DNA of 63,825 nucleotides, filler included, from 4 parts of 4 records of this genome joined end to end with filler, not necessarily neighbours in it; one strand, 5' to 3'. Positions 49,584 to 58,024 are shown, numbered from the whole stretch's first letter. Translations and numbers: made by a program. The notes: generated from the sequence alone by a model not told the origin.

Positions 49584-50470
49584 TTTTGCTTCTCCATGAT
49601 GTCCTTGATGCGTCTTTCGATCCCGGTCCATTGGCTTTTACCGACGGTGATCGGCGCGCGCGCGCCCATGCCGCGCGCCCAAACGGCCTTGATCCCCATT
49701 TCGCCGGCCTTGTCGCGGTCGATGGTGCCTGGAGGGGCTGCGACGTCGACGAGAAGAACGCCGGGCCTCATGGTCTTGAGCAGTTCTTCGCCGATGAGCT
49801 GGCGGGGCACGCTTCCGATCACGATGTCCATGCGCGGCAAAATTTCGGGCAGGTCCTCGAGCGTGTGCGGTTCCGCGCCGGCGGCGTAAGCGGCGGCGCG
49901 CTGGACCGGGTTGCGGGCAGCCACGCTGACGTGAGCTCCAAGCCCGACAAGCGTATGCGTCAAGAGTGAGCCTATGGTGCCCTGGCCGACAAGGCAGATG
50001 TTGGCCTTGTGAATGGTAATCTGGGTGTTCTCGATGAGAACCTTGAGCACGCCTTCCACGATTGCCGGTCCACGGAGCAGCATCAGGTCGACGTCCCACT
50101 CATATTCGTGGAGCGTGATGCCGAGCGCTTCGCAGTGGGACTTGAGGTTGTCGTCAGCCCAGCCCAGAATGATATTTGCGCCCTTGTTCATCCCGGCCAG
50201 CATTTCCCGAGATGGGATGATCCTCTCGGGATTGGATGGCGCGAACAATCCGCCATCCGGTGCAATTCCGGGGATGGGCATCAGCGCGATATCTGCGCCC
50301 TTGAGCGCATCGGCTGCATCGGAGGCGTGATAAACACCCTCGATACCCTGGTCCGGCCAGGGAAATCCGAACGCGCGAACCTTGGCTCCGGCGCGGACGG
50401 CGCAGCGGGCAATTTCCTGCTCGCGGGCATCCCCTGCCACGACTGCAATTGTAAGATTGCTCCAGCTCAT
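49580..50470 (-). CDS. Dipicolinate synthase subunit A (DpaA/SpoVFA)-like NAD(P)-binding oxidoreductase
   Basis: N-terminal IAVVAGDARE, Rossmann GQGTIG, DVAAPPG and C-terminal AP.T.G pattern as in DpaA. Confidence 0.7.
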   Translation of the reverse strand: MSWSNLTIAVVAGDAREQEIARCAVRAGAKVRAFGFPWPDQGIEGVYHASDAADALKGADIALMPIPGIAPDGGLFAPSNPERIIPSREMLAGMNKGANIILGWADDNLKSHCEALGITLHEYEWDVDLMLLRGPAIVEGVLKVLIENTQITIHKANICLVGQGTIGSLLTHTLVGLGAHVSVAARNPVQRAAAYAAGAEPHTLEDLPEILPRMDIVIGSVPRQLIGEELLKTMRPGVLLVDVAAPPGTIDRDKAGEMGIKAVWARGMGARAPITVGKSQWTGIERRIKDIMEKQK

Positions 50471-51555
50471 CGTGCTCTCACTTTCCTTATCAATTCGTCT
50501 TTTGACAGGCTGGCAATGCCCATCGCCTCGGCGGTGCGTCCGCCCGTATTGTAATTGATGCCGACGGCGGCCTCCGCCAGCGCGTAGAGCGCATCGGCCA
50601 CAGGCACGGATACGCCTGCGATTTGGGCGAGTTCGCGGAAAGGCAAAAGGCCGTGACCGAAATCCTCGCGATAATAGCGATGCTCGAGTGAATCGGGCGC
50701 CTTGATTTTGGCGTTTGCGATACCGCCGGCAATTGCGGCGCGATAATCGGTCGTGTCGGTGACATCGGCTTCCACCGTCCCGATCAGCTTCATCTCTTCA
50801 ATCAAATTGGGCAGGGTATGGCCGAAGGCAGCCGCAACGGCCAGCCTCTCGCGGTCGAGCCGCTCCATGACGCGGGCAACGCCGTCGGTCATTGCGTCCA
50901 CATAGAAGGTGAAATCGCCTTTGGTCGCCTCCACCCATGCCACGCCCAGGACGGCGCCGGGTGTGTGCAGGACCATATTTACGTTGCAAAGGTCAGATGC
51001 CAGAACGTCGCCAACCGGGCTGGCGCCAGGGAAGAGCATGGTCGCGGTGGTCAGGTGGCTTTCATTGCCGCCAAGGACCGCAGCCCGAACCTGGCCGGCA
51101 CGACCGGTCACCGTCACTTCATCGGGTTTGAGCTTGCGGGCAACATAGGTCAGCGTCGAGAATTCGACGACCGGGGGCGCTGTGCGTCCTGCGGTCTCGA
51201 ATGCGTGGGCAAATTCCAGCGCACCGCCGGTATGCCCCGGATTGAGAACAACGAGCCTGTCGGCCGGCCAGCCCGCTTCGGCGAGCGCTTTCGCCATCGG
51301 CGCATGCGAAAAAGTGGGAAGCGTTACGAGCGCAACCTCGCAATCCTTTATGGCGGCGCCCAGATTGGAGGTAATGGTGCGCGGGCGGGCGATGCCCGTA
51401 CCCAATACGCCATTATAGGCGATACCGCCCAACTCCAGAAAAGGCGCCAGCGTCGATTCCGATCTGGCCCAGTACGAGACAGTGTGTCCGGCCCGTGTCA
51501 GTTCGGCAACCGCTGCGGCGCCTCCCGCGCCGCCTCCCAGCACTGCTACCTTCAT
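50467..51555 (-). CDS. NAD/NADP octopine/nopaline (opine) dehydrogenase family protein
   Basis: GGGAGG, NPGHTGG, EFSTLTY, N.N..LH, HRYYRED..HGL; GAGGAGG RBS. Confidence 0.88.
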   Translation of the reverse strand: MKVAVLGGGAGGAAAVAELTRAGHTVSYWARSESTLAPFLELGGIAYNGVLGTGIARPRTITSNLGAAIKDCEVALVTLPTFSHAPMAKALAEAGWPADRLVVLNPGHTGGALEFAHAFETAGRTAPPVVEFSTLTYVARKLKPDEVTVTGRAGQVRAAVLGGNESHLTTATMLFPGASPVGDVLASDLCNVNMVLHTPGAVLGVAWVEATKGDFTFYVDAMTDGVARVMERLDRERLAVAAAFGHTLPNLIEEMKLIGTVEADVTDTTDYRAAIAGGIANAKIKAPDSLEHRYYREDFGHGLLPFRELAQIAGVSVPVADALYALAEAAVGINYNTGGRTAEAMGIASLSKDELIRKVRAR

Positions 51556-51619
51556 TGCTTCCTCCTCAAGGCCATGTAGGTGCGACGCCAAATCGCGGTA
51601 AACCATACGTGCCAAAATA

Positions 51620-51656
51620 TGAGATCACACTTTATGATCACAAATTAAATTGTCAA
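51620..51656 (-). promoter_or_regulatory. Promoter of the opine-DH operon with tandem operator boxes
   Basis: Minus-strand TTGACA (51656-51651), N16, TAAAGT; TGAGATCACA (51620) and TATGATCACA (51633). Confidence 0.7.
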
Positions 51657-51671
51657 GCAGTCCGGCCACGA

Positions 51672-52925
51672 TTACCCGGCCAGTTTCATACTGCCGGAAT
51701 CGTCGCTGTCCACGCATTCGGCGATCATGTCGGCGGTTGCGGCCGATAACGTCCAGCCCAGATGACCGTGTCCAGTATTGTAATAAACGCCCGGCAGGCG
51801 GCCCTTGCCGACGCGCGGCAGCATGGATGGCATCATGGGGCGAAGACCCGCCCAAGGGACAACGCGACGCGTGTTGGTTCCCGGAAACAGCGTGCGGGTC
51901 CAGGTGACGAGTGGTTCGATACGCTCGCTGCGGATGTCGCGGTTGACGCCGTTGAACTCGGCCGTCCCTGCAACGCGAAAACGGTCCTTGCCCAGCCGCG
52001 ACGTGACGATTTTGGCCTTGTCGTCGAGCAGGCTCACCCAGGGCGCCGCATTCTGGCTTTGCTCGTCGTCGAGATGAATGGTGATCGAGTATCCCTTCAC
52101 CGGATAGACGTTCACCCGGTCCCCCGCCATGGCTGCCAGGGCGCGGCTGCCGCAGCCAGCACAGATGACGATGCCGTCGAAGCCTTCCTTTTGCACTGAC
52201 GGTGCGCGATCCCCTGATCCCTGCCACTCGATTGTGTGTTGTCCGTTTGCGAAGCGAAGCCGCGTTACCTGCGCGTCGAATGCGAACCGTACACCCTTTC
52301 TCTCACAGGCATTGGCGAGCCCGGAGGTGAACTTATGGATATCGCCGGTGGAGTCCGATGGGGTAAAAAAGCCGCCATAGATGTCGCCGCGAACCGTGGG
52401 TTCGATTGCGCGGACTTCTTCGGGCGAGATCGCGCGCCGATCCAGTCCCCCCTGGGTAAGCAGAGAATTCACCTTCTTGGCGTGATCAAAGCTCGATTTG
52501 TCCCAATAGAGGTGGAGTATGCCGCGCCGTTCGAGATCGAAAGCGATATTTTCGTTCTCGGCAATCTCGAACAGGTGCTTGCGCGCGGCAATGGCAAGCC
52601 GGGTGGTCTCCACGGTATTTTCCCGGTAACGACCAATATTGCTCATGAACTCGGCCAGCCACGAGTATTTGTGCCATGAGGGCGAAGGGTTGAGCAGCAG
52701 GGGCGCGTCGCGCTGGAGCATCCACTTCATGCCCTTGAGGAGCGTGGACCAATGGTTCCAGACTTCAGCATTGCTGGCAGACAGCTGACCGCCATTTGCA
52801 AAAGAGGTTTCCATCGCCGCGTAGCGGTTCTGATCGAAGACGGTGACGGTATGGCCGCGCGCCATGAGCGCGTAGGCCGTTGTGATGCCGGTGATGCCGG
52901 CGCCAATAACAGCGAGTTTGGGCAT
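51672..52925 (-). CDS. dadA: D-amino acid dehydrogenase (FAD-dependent)
   Basis: GAGITG, TSFANGGQLS, PVKGYS, WAGLRP, GHGHLGWT. Confidence 0.85.
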   Translation of the reverse strand: MPKLAVIGAGITGITTAYALMARGHTVTVFDQNRYAAMETSFANGGQLSASNAEVWNHWSTLLKGMKWMLQRDAPLLLNPSPSWHKYSWLAEFMSNIGRYRENTVETTRLAIAARKHLFEIAENENIAFDLERRGILHLYWDKSSFDHAKKVNSLLTQGGLDRRAISPEEVRAIEPTVRGDIYGGFFTPSDSTGDIHKFTSGLANACERKGVRFAFDAQVTRLRFANGQHTIEWQGSGDRAPSVQKEGFDGIVICAGCGSRALAAMAGDRVNVYPVKGYSITIHLDDEQSQNAAPWVSLLDDKAKIVTSRLGKDRFRVAGTAEFNGVNRDIRSERIEPLVTWTRTLFPGTNTRRVVPWAGLRPMMPSMLPRVGKGRLPGVYYNTGHGHLGWTLSAATADMIAECVDSDDSGSMKLAG

Positions 52926-52985
52926 TGTGTTTCCCATAAATTGGATCTTTGAAAGCGCCGCGATTTTCGCCGCGCCGATGGTCCC

Positions 52986-53178
52986 CAATCTGTCGCTGTT
53001 ACCTGAGAGCTTTCCGTGGGCCATGGCCACGGTTTCCCCTTCGGTGGGCAGGCGGACTGCAACGATCCACTTGCCTCTCTCCAGATGTTCTCGCTGCCTG
53101 GTCAGCTTTGCCTGAGAGATTCCTGGGGGGTTGCTCCGTCGGCGCCGACATTTTCAGCCGGTCTCTCCCCGGCAGCGG
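52986..53178 (-). ncRNA. Tandem glycine riboswitch
   Basis: Minus strand GGAGAGA..CGCCGACGGAGCAA..CTCTCAGGCAAA..GACC, then TCTGGAGAGA..CACCGAAGGGGAA..CTCTCAGGTAA..GACAGA. Confidence 0.93.
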
Positions 53179-53184
53179 AAGGTA

Positions 53185-53212
53185 CCGCCGGGCCATCGCG
53201 CTGGCCCGGCGG
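53185..53212. terminator. GC-rich hairpin directly after the amidohydrolase stop
   Basis: CCGCCGGGCCA / TGGCCCGGCGG; no good U-tract on the minus strand. Confidence 0.45.
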
Positions 53213-53217
53213 CAGTT

Positions 53218-54657
53218 TCAGTTTCCTTCGTCGTAAAGCGTTGTCGTTGTATCAACGTCGTCCTTGTGCAGCCCGGCGCGGATTACCGCATCGGCAGCCA
53301 GTTCACGGGCCTTGCGGCGGATTTCCTTCTCGTCAACGCCATAGACCTGGCCGTCCCCATACACCTTGACGCCATTGACCCAGGTCTGGGAAACAGACGC
53401 CGTCGAGGCGGAGTAAACAAGCGCCTGCAGCGGATCATGGAAGGGTGTCCATTCGACGTGATCGAGATCGAACAGGATGAAATCAGCCTTCTTGCCGATC
53501 TCGAGTGAACCGATTTCATCGTCCCACATCAGAGCTTTGGCGCCCTCGATCGTTGCGGCACGCAGCGCCTGCCGGGCGGTGAAGATGTCGGGCTGAACCC
53601 GCGCATCCTTGAACATTCCCGCGACCAGAAGCATCTGGCGCATGAGGTTCATGTTGCCGGCTGCCGATACGCCATCCGTCCCGAGACCGACCTTGACCCC
53701 GGCGGCAACCATCTCGGGATATTTCCCGATGGCGGTCGCGCCCTTGCCCAATTTGAACGAGGAGCATGGGCAAAACGCTACCGCGGCGCCGCGGTCGGCG
53801 AGAAGCTTGACCTCATCGTCGGTGACAGCGGCACAATGGGCGATCACGAGGTTCTTGCGAATTCCGCCCCCATTGTCGATGCGGGTGACTGGCCATACGC
53901 CGTACTTGCCCTCACACACTTTGGCTTCTTCGATCGAAGTGGCCAAATGGTAAGTGGTGCCGACACCCAGACGCTCGGCCAACTCGACAGCGCCCACGTG
54001 CAACTCCAGCGTGCAGGGCTCCTTGCCTTCGATATTGACCCAGCAGCGCGCCCGTCCGTCGAGGGCGCCGTTATATTTGACGACGCATTTTTCGAGTTCT
54101 TCAAGGGCTGTCTTGGCGTCGGGGAAGAAATGGTGGTCGGCCATTTCCTCGGTCCATCCCTTTGGCAATTCAGCGGGGCGGTTATCGGCTGCATGGCGCC
54201 CGGTTATGCCCCGGATGCCGGTCGGCTCCATCGCCCTGATGACGATGCCCGGATCATACTGCGAGCCCATATCGAGAAAGCACGTCGTGCCGCAGCGCAG
54301 CATCTCGGTAATCCCGAGAAGAGCGCCCCAATATTCGTCCTCATCGGTCACATGCGCGTAAAACGGCTTGGCCCAGTGAAACACCCACGCGCGGGTGTTG
54401 AGATTGTCGGGAAACACGGCGCGTGACAGCGTTTCAGAAAGGTGGACGTGGCTGTCCACAAAGCCAGGGCACATGCCCAGCATCGACCCGTCGATTATCG
54501 TGCCGAAACTGTTCCGATCGTGCCGATCGGCTATTTCGTCCGACGCGCCGATATCGGCGATCCGATCCTCGTCAACGACGACGCTTGCCTTGCGCAATAC
54601 GGTATCGTTCGCATCGACAGTGAACACGAAGTTCAGGTTTTCGATCAGTGTCCGCAA
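53218..54657 (-). CDS. TRZ/ATZ (MTA/SAH-deaminase-like) amidohydrolase
   Basis: DSHVH, E.LR.GTT, YHLATS, AHC, CP.S, GTDG; TTG start with GGAGG. Confidence 0.85.
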   Translation of the reverse strand: MRTLIENLNFVFTVDANDTVLRKASVVVDEDRIADIGASDEIADRHDRNSFGTIIDGSMLGMCPGFVDSHVHLSETLSRAVFPDNLNTRAWVFHWAKPFYAHVTDEDEYWGALLGITEMLRCGTTCFLDMGSQYDPGIVIRAMEPTGIRGITGRHAADNRPAELPKGWTEEMADHHFFPDAKTALEELEKCVVKYNGALDGRARCWVNIEGKEPCTLELHVGAVELAERLGVGTTYHLATSIEEAKVCEGKYGVWPVTRIDNGGGIRKNLVIAHCAAVTDDEVKLLADRGAAVAFCPCSSFKLGKGATAIGKYPEMVAAGVKVGLGTDGVSAAGNMNLMRQMLLVAGMFKDARVQPDIFTARQALRAATIEGAKALMWDDEIGSLEIGKKADFILFDLDHVEWTPFHDPLQALVYSASTASVSQTWVNGVKVYGDGQVYGVDEKEIRRKARELAADAVIRAGLHKDDVDTTTTLYDEGN

Positions 54658-54688
54658 CGGTTCCTCCCCGGATAGAGCGCGGTATTTG

Positions 54689-55861
54689 TCAGGCGATGGA
54701 GCGCGATTGCGCCTGTTGGCGACTCTGACCGCACACGATCAGCCTGTCGGTATTGGAATAGTCCGAAAGCAGTTCGGACCCATTGGCCGTCACCAGGAGC
54801 ATGTCCTTGTTCTGCATGCCGAAGCCATGTCCGGTATCGTAACAAAGCGGCTCGAAGCCAAGCACCATGTTTTCCTCGATGGGCGCGTCGGATCCGGGCT
54901 TTCCAAGCACCGGTGTCAGGCCGAGATAGGGGTCTTCATGCAAGTGGAGCCCGATCCCATGCCCGACGAACGATATCGGTGGCAAGTTCATCTGTGACAG
55001 CTTTGCGATGAAACTGTCGTATATGGCACGGCAGCTTGCGCCGGGCCGTACCTTGTCCATGATCTCATATTTGCAGTCGACCAGATGGGACCAGATGTCG
55101 TCGGCATGGTCGGGAGCCTGGCCCACGACAGCAGTGCGGCAGACGCCGGCCTGGTACCCATCGATAACCGAAAAGATCTCGACCCGGCACACATCGCCGC
55201 GCTTGAGGACCCGATCCGAGGGGCCGACATTGGGCAACACGCTGCGCTCGCCGGTCGCCACGATCAGCAGCTTGAAGTGTTCAGCGCCCAGCGAATAAAC
55301 ATTGCGGGTCAGATGCCCGGCAATATCCATTTCCGAATCCCCCTCATCGACCGAGGCCAGGGCATCGTAGATGGCCTGGTCGGCGATACGGGAGAGCTTG
55401 CGCAACAAGGCGATCTCGCCCGGCGTCTTGATCTGCCGCAGCCGCGCCAGAATACCCTCGGCAGGAGCAAAACGTGCATCGGGCAGGGCGGCCTGCAGGC
55501 GCATGAGATCGCCCGCGGGAAGATAGTCCATTTCAATGGCTATGCGCGCGGAGCCGAGCCCGAGTTCGTTCAGCTGGTCGGCCAGTACCACCATTGGATC
55601 GTCTGAAAATTCCGCCCATATCCGCGTGGGGACTTCAGGCTGCTTGCGCCGGATCGTGCTTGCCTCCATGTCGACGCCGAACAGTGCTTTTGTGCCGTCC
55701 GCGGTTACAATTGCCATGGCATGGCGGTGACGGATCAGCGGCTGGCTGGGCACTACAAAGCCGCTAACATAGGCAAAGTTTTCCGGCGAGCAGGAGATAA
55801 TGGCGTCCAAGCCGTTCTCGCGCATGGCCGCTGTTTGTTTTTCAATGATTTCCGCACGCAT
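54689..55861 (-). CDS. M24 pita-bread fold hydrolase (creatinase/Xaa-Pro peptidase-like)
   Basis: Creatinase_N domain, R.IKT..EI, GHGIG..LHE.P, FEP. Confidence 0.85.
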   Translation of the reverse strand: MRAEIIEKQTAAMRENGLDAIISCSPENFAYVSGFVVPSQPLIRHRHAMAIVTADGTKALFGVDMEASTIRRKQPEVPTRIWAEFSDDPMVVLADQLNELGLGSARIAIEMDYLPAGDLMRLQAALPDARFAPAEGILARLRQIKTPGEIALLRKLSRIADQAIYDALASVDEGDSEMDIAGHLTRNVYSLGAEHFKLLIVATGERSVLPNVGPSDRVLKRGDVCRVEIFSVIDGYQAGVCRTAVVGQAPDHADDIWSHLVDCKYEIMDKVRPGASCRAIYDSFIAKLSQMNLPPISFVGHGIGLHLHEDPYLGLTPVLGKPGSDAPIEENMVLGFEPLCYDTGHGFGMQNKDMLLVTANGSELLSDYSNTDRLIVCGQSRQQAQSRSIA

Positions 55862-55878
55862 GGTAACGTCCCTCCCAC

Positions 55879-57039
55879 TCAGATCGCGATCTGGTATTTT
55901 TCGATTTTCTTGATGTCGACATCGATGCCCATGCCCGGCCCGTCCGGAACCACGATCGCCCCGTCCTCAAATTTCATCGGCGCAACCAGCAGGTCGTCCT
56001 TATAGTAGATGCCGCCGATCTGACCGCTCTGGGCTTCGGCAGGCACGGATACGGGAATGACGCAGGAAAGCGTCACTGCAGGAGAAGCCGCAGCAAGCTG
56101 GACATTGGCAAGGTTGCCCACACCCGTCTCGATCGAGCCGTTGACATTGCACAGGAGGCCCGCGGCGCGGCACACCGCACCCACCTCCATGGCCTTGTAG
56201 AGCCCACCAGCCTTGGTGGTGTAGATCGAGACGATCTGGACCTGACCCTGATTGATGATCTGGATGGCGTCGTGCGCGTTCCACGCTGATTCATCGGCCA
56301 TCACCGGCGCATCGATGCGCCGTGCGACATCCGATATGCGCTCGATCCCCATGACAGGCTGCTCGACATATTTGATACGGCAATCTTCAAAGCGCCGGAT
56401 GATCTGAACGGCCTCGCCGGCGGACTTGTAGCCTTCATTGGCATCCACGCAGAGTTCCATTGCGTTCCCCGCCGCCTCGCGGACGGCATGAACCATGGCG
56501 ACGTCGCGTTCCGGATCGACACCGATCTTGATCTTGATCGTCTTGATCCCCTCGGCAGCAAGCTTGGCGGCCTCGGTGCGCGCCTCATCGATGGAGATCA
56601 GGCCGATCGAGTGGGTGACCGGGACGCGGTCGCGGGACTTTCCGCCCAAAAGGACGTGTACCGGAACGTCGAGCCAACGGCCCGTTACGTCGTAAACCGC
56701 AAATTCCACAGCCGCTTTCGCATAAGGATAGCCACGAATGACCGCATCCATCCGGGTATGAAGTTCGGCGATATTGCCCAGCTCGATGCCCGTAATCGCG
56801 GGGGCGAGATAGGTATCGATGACCGATTTCACGATGATCGCGGACTCGCCGAAATAGCGTCCGAATTCCCCACCCCAATCCTTGAGAGCCGGCGCCTCGC
56901 CCCAACCGACCCGTCCGTCGCTGTCGGTGACCTTGACCAGAACGTAGCGCCCGATCACTTCGGTCAATCCTGCCCATTTGTGCTCGCGCCGGGTGGGGAG
57001 CTGCACAACAAGGGTTTCAACTGTCTTGATGGTGGGCAC
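55879..57039 (-). CDS. Enolase superfamily, muconate-lactonizing enzyme/racemase subgroup
   Basis: GWGE, KIK, DANE, EQP, ADES, PG.G; GTG 57039 after AAGGA. Confidence 0.88.
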   Translation of the reverse strand: MPTIKTVETLVVQLPTRREHKWAGLTEVIGRYVLVKVTDSDGRVGWGEAPALKDWGGEFGRYFGESAIIVKSVIDTYLAPAITGIELGNIAELHTRMDAVIRGYPYAKAAVEFAVYDVTGRWLDVPVHVLLGGKSRDRVPVTHSIGLISIDEARTEAAKLAAEGIKTIKIKIGVDPERDVAMVHAVREAAGNAMELCVDANEGYKSAGEAVQIIRRFEDCRIKYVEQPVMGIERISDVARRIDAPVMADESAWNAHDAIQIINQGQVQIVSIYTTKAGGLYKAMEVGAVCRAAGLLCNVNGSIETGVGNLANVQLAAASPAVTLSCVIPVSVPAEAQSGQIGGIYYKDDLLVAPMKFEDGAIVVPDGPGMGIDVDIKKIEKYQIAI

Positions 57040-57077
57040 GGAATTATCCTTTTGACGAAACACAGGCTACGTTGTAG

Positions 57078-57114
57078 TGAGATCACCGATTGTGATCACA
57101 CATTACTGTTGACA
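57078..57114. promoter_or_regulatory. Divergent promoter region with tandem operator boxes
   Basis: TGAGATCACC (57078) and TGTGATCACA (57091); TTGACA at 57109 (+). Confidence 0.7.
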
Positions 57115-57185
57115 TTGGGCATCGTCAAGCATGGATGTTCGGCTTGTGGGCAACGACGATGCGGCCGCTGTGGAGGACGACCAAA

Positions 57186-57482
57186 GTGATTGTTGAGACA
57201 ACGAACTATTACGCCAAGCCCGGGAGGGAAGCCGAAGTGCTAACGCAGCGGCGGCTGGCAACGGCAATCCGCAAGAGCCTGGGATTGTCGGAAGGCCGCA
57301 CGTTTGTGCTGTTGGAAGCAAACGGTCCCAGCGTGAAATGGCAGTGCGAGTTTCCATCGCAAGCTGCTTACCGTGAGGACATGGAGGCAAGGAACGGATC
57401 GACCGAATTTGCCGAGGCGCGGGCGCAGATGCACACCCTTATCGAACGGTTCGAGCGACACCTGCACGAGGAGGTAGGGTAG
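57186..57482 (+). CDS. Small dimeric alpha+beta barrel (NIPSNAP/ABM-like) protein
   Basis: GGAGG-GTG; Y.AKPG...V, W.CEF.S..AY pattern. Confidence 0.6.
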   Translation: MIVETTNYYAKPGREAEVLTQRRLATAIRKSLGLSEGRTFVLLEANGPSVKWQCEFPSQAAYREDMEARNGSTEFAEARAQMHTLIERFERHLHEEVG

Positions 57483-57604
57483 CGGGACAGGGCATTCCGC
57501 ATCGTGGAATTCGTAAAGGTGCGGGGTCGCCCGCCATGTGTATGCGCCCTATCGGGTAGGGCGTCGCGGCAATCGGGCCGCTTTCCGACATATTGGAGTT
57601 TGCT

Positions 57605-58024
57605 GTGAGAACGACGACGAATCTGGATTTGAACGACGCCGGCCGATTGCTCGAAGGGGCGCGCGAACGGGCAGCTGCAATCGGTGTTCCGATGTGTGTC
57701 GCTATTACGGACGCGGCCGGTGACCTGGTTGCGTTCGAGCGGATGGACGGCGGGAAAATCACCAGCATCACGATTGCTATCGACAAGGCTTATACGGCGG
57801 CGGCGGCCAAAAAGGCGACGCACGAATATGGTGCCGCCAGCCAGCCCGGGGCGCCCGCATACGGCATTAATTCCGCGATCAGCGGCCGCCTGATGGTCGT
57901 TGGCGGCGGGCTCCCTGTTGTCGTGGCCGGCGAAATCGTCGGAGGCGTGGGCGTCAGTTCGGGAACGCCCGATCAGGATCGCGATGTTGCGCAGGCAGCA
58001 ATCGACCACCTAAACCGCGCGTAG
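57605..58024 (+). CDS. GlcG/HbpS-family heme-binding protein
   Basis: VAITD..G.L.AFERMDG, IAIDKAYTA, GGG.P, GG.GVS.G...QD. Confidence 0.9.
   Translation: MRTTTNLDLNDAGRLLEGARERAAAIGVPMCVAITDAAGDLVAFERMDGGKITSITIAIDKAYTAAAAKKATHEYGAASQPGAPAYGINSAISGRLMVVGGGLPVVVAGEIVGGVGVSSGTPDQDRDVAQAAIDHLNRA

Noticed and set aside
49580-50470. Sporulation/dipicolinate synthesis
   Set aside because: No spoVFB or other spo genes; context is a proteobacterial catabolic operon
50467-51555. Opine metallophore (staphylopine/pseudopaline) or Ti-plasmid opine locus
   Set aside because: No nicotianamine-synthase-like gene, cnt transporter or ooxAB/T-DNA genes on the contig
55879-57039. catB of a catechol ortho-cleavage pathway
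   Set aside because: No ring-cleavage dioxygenase, catC or catD, and the second Lys is replaced by Tyr
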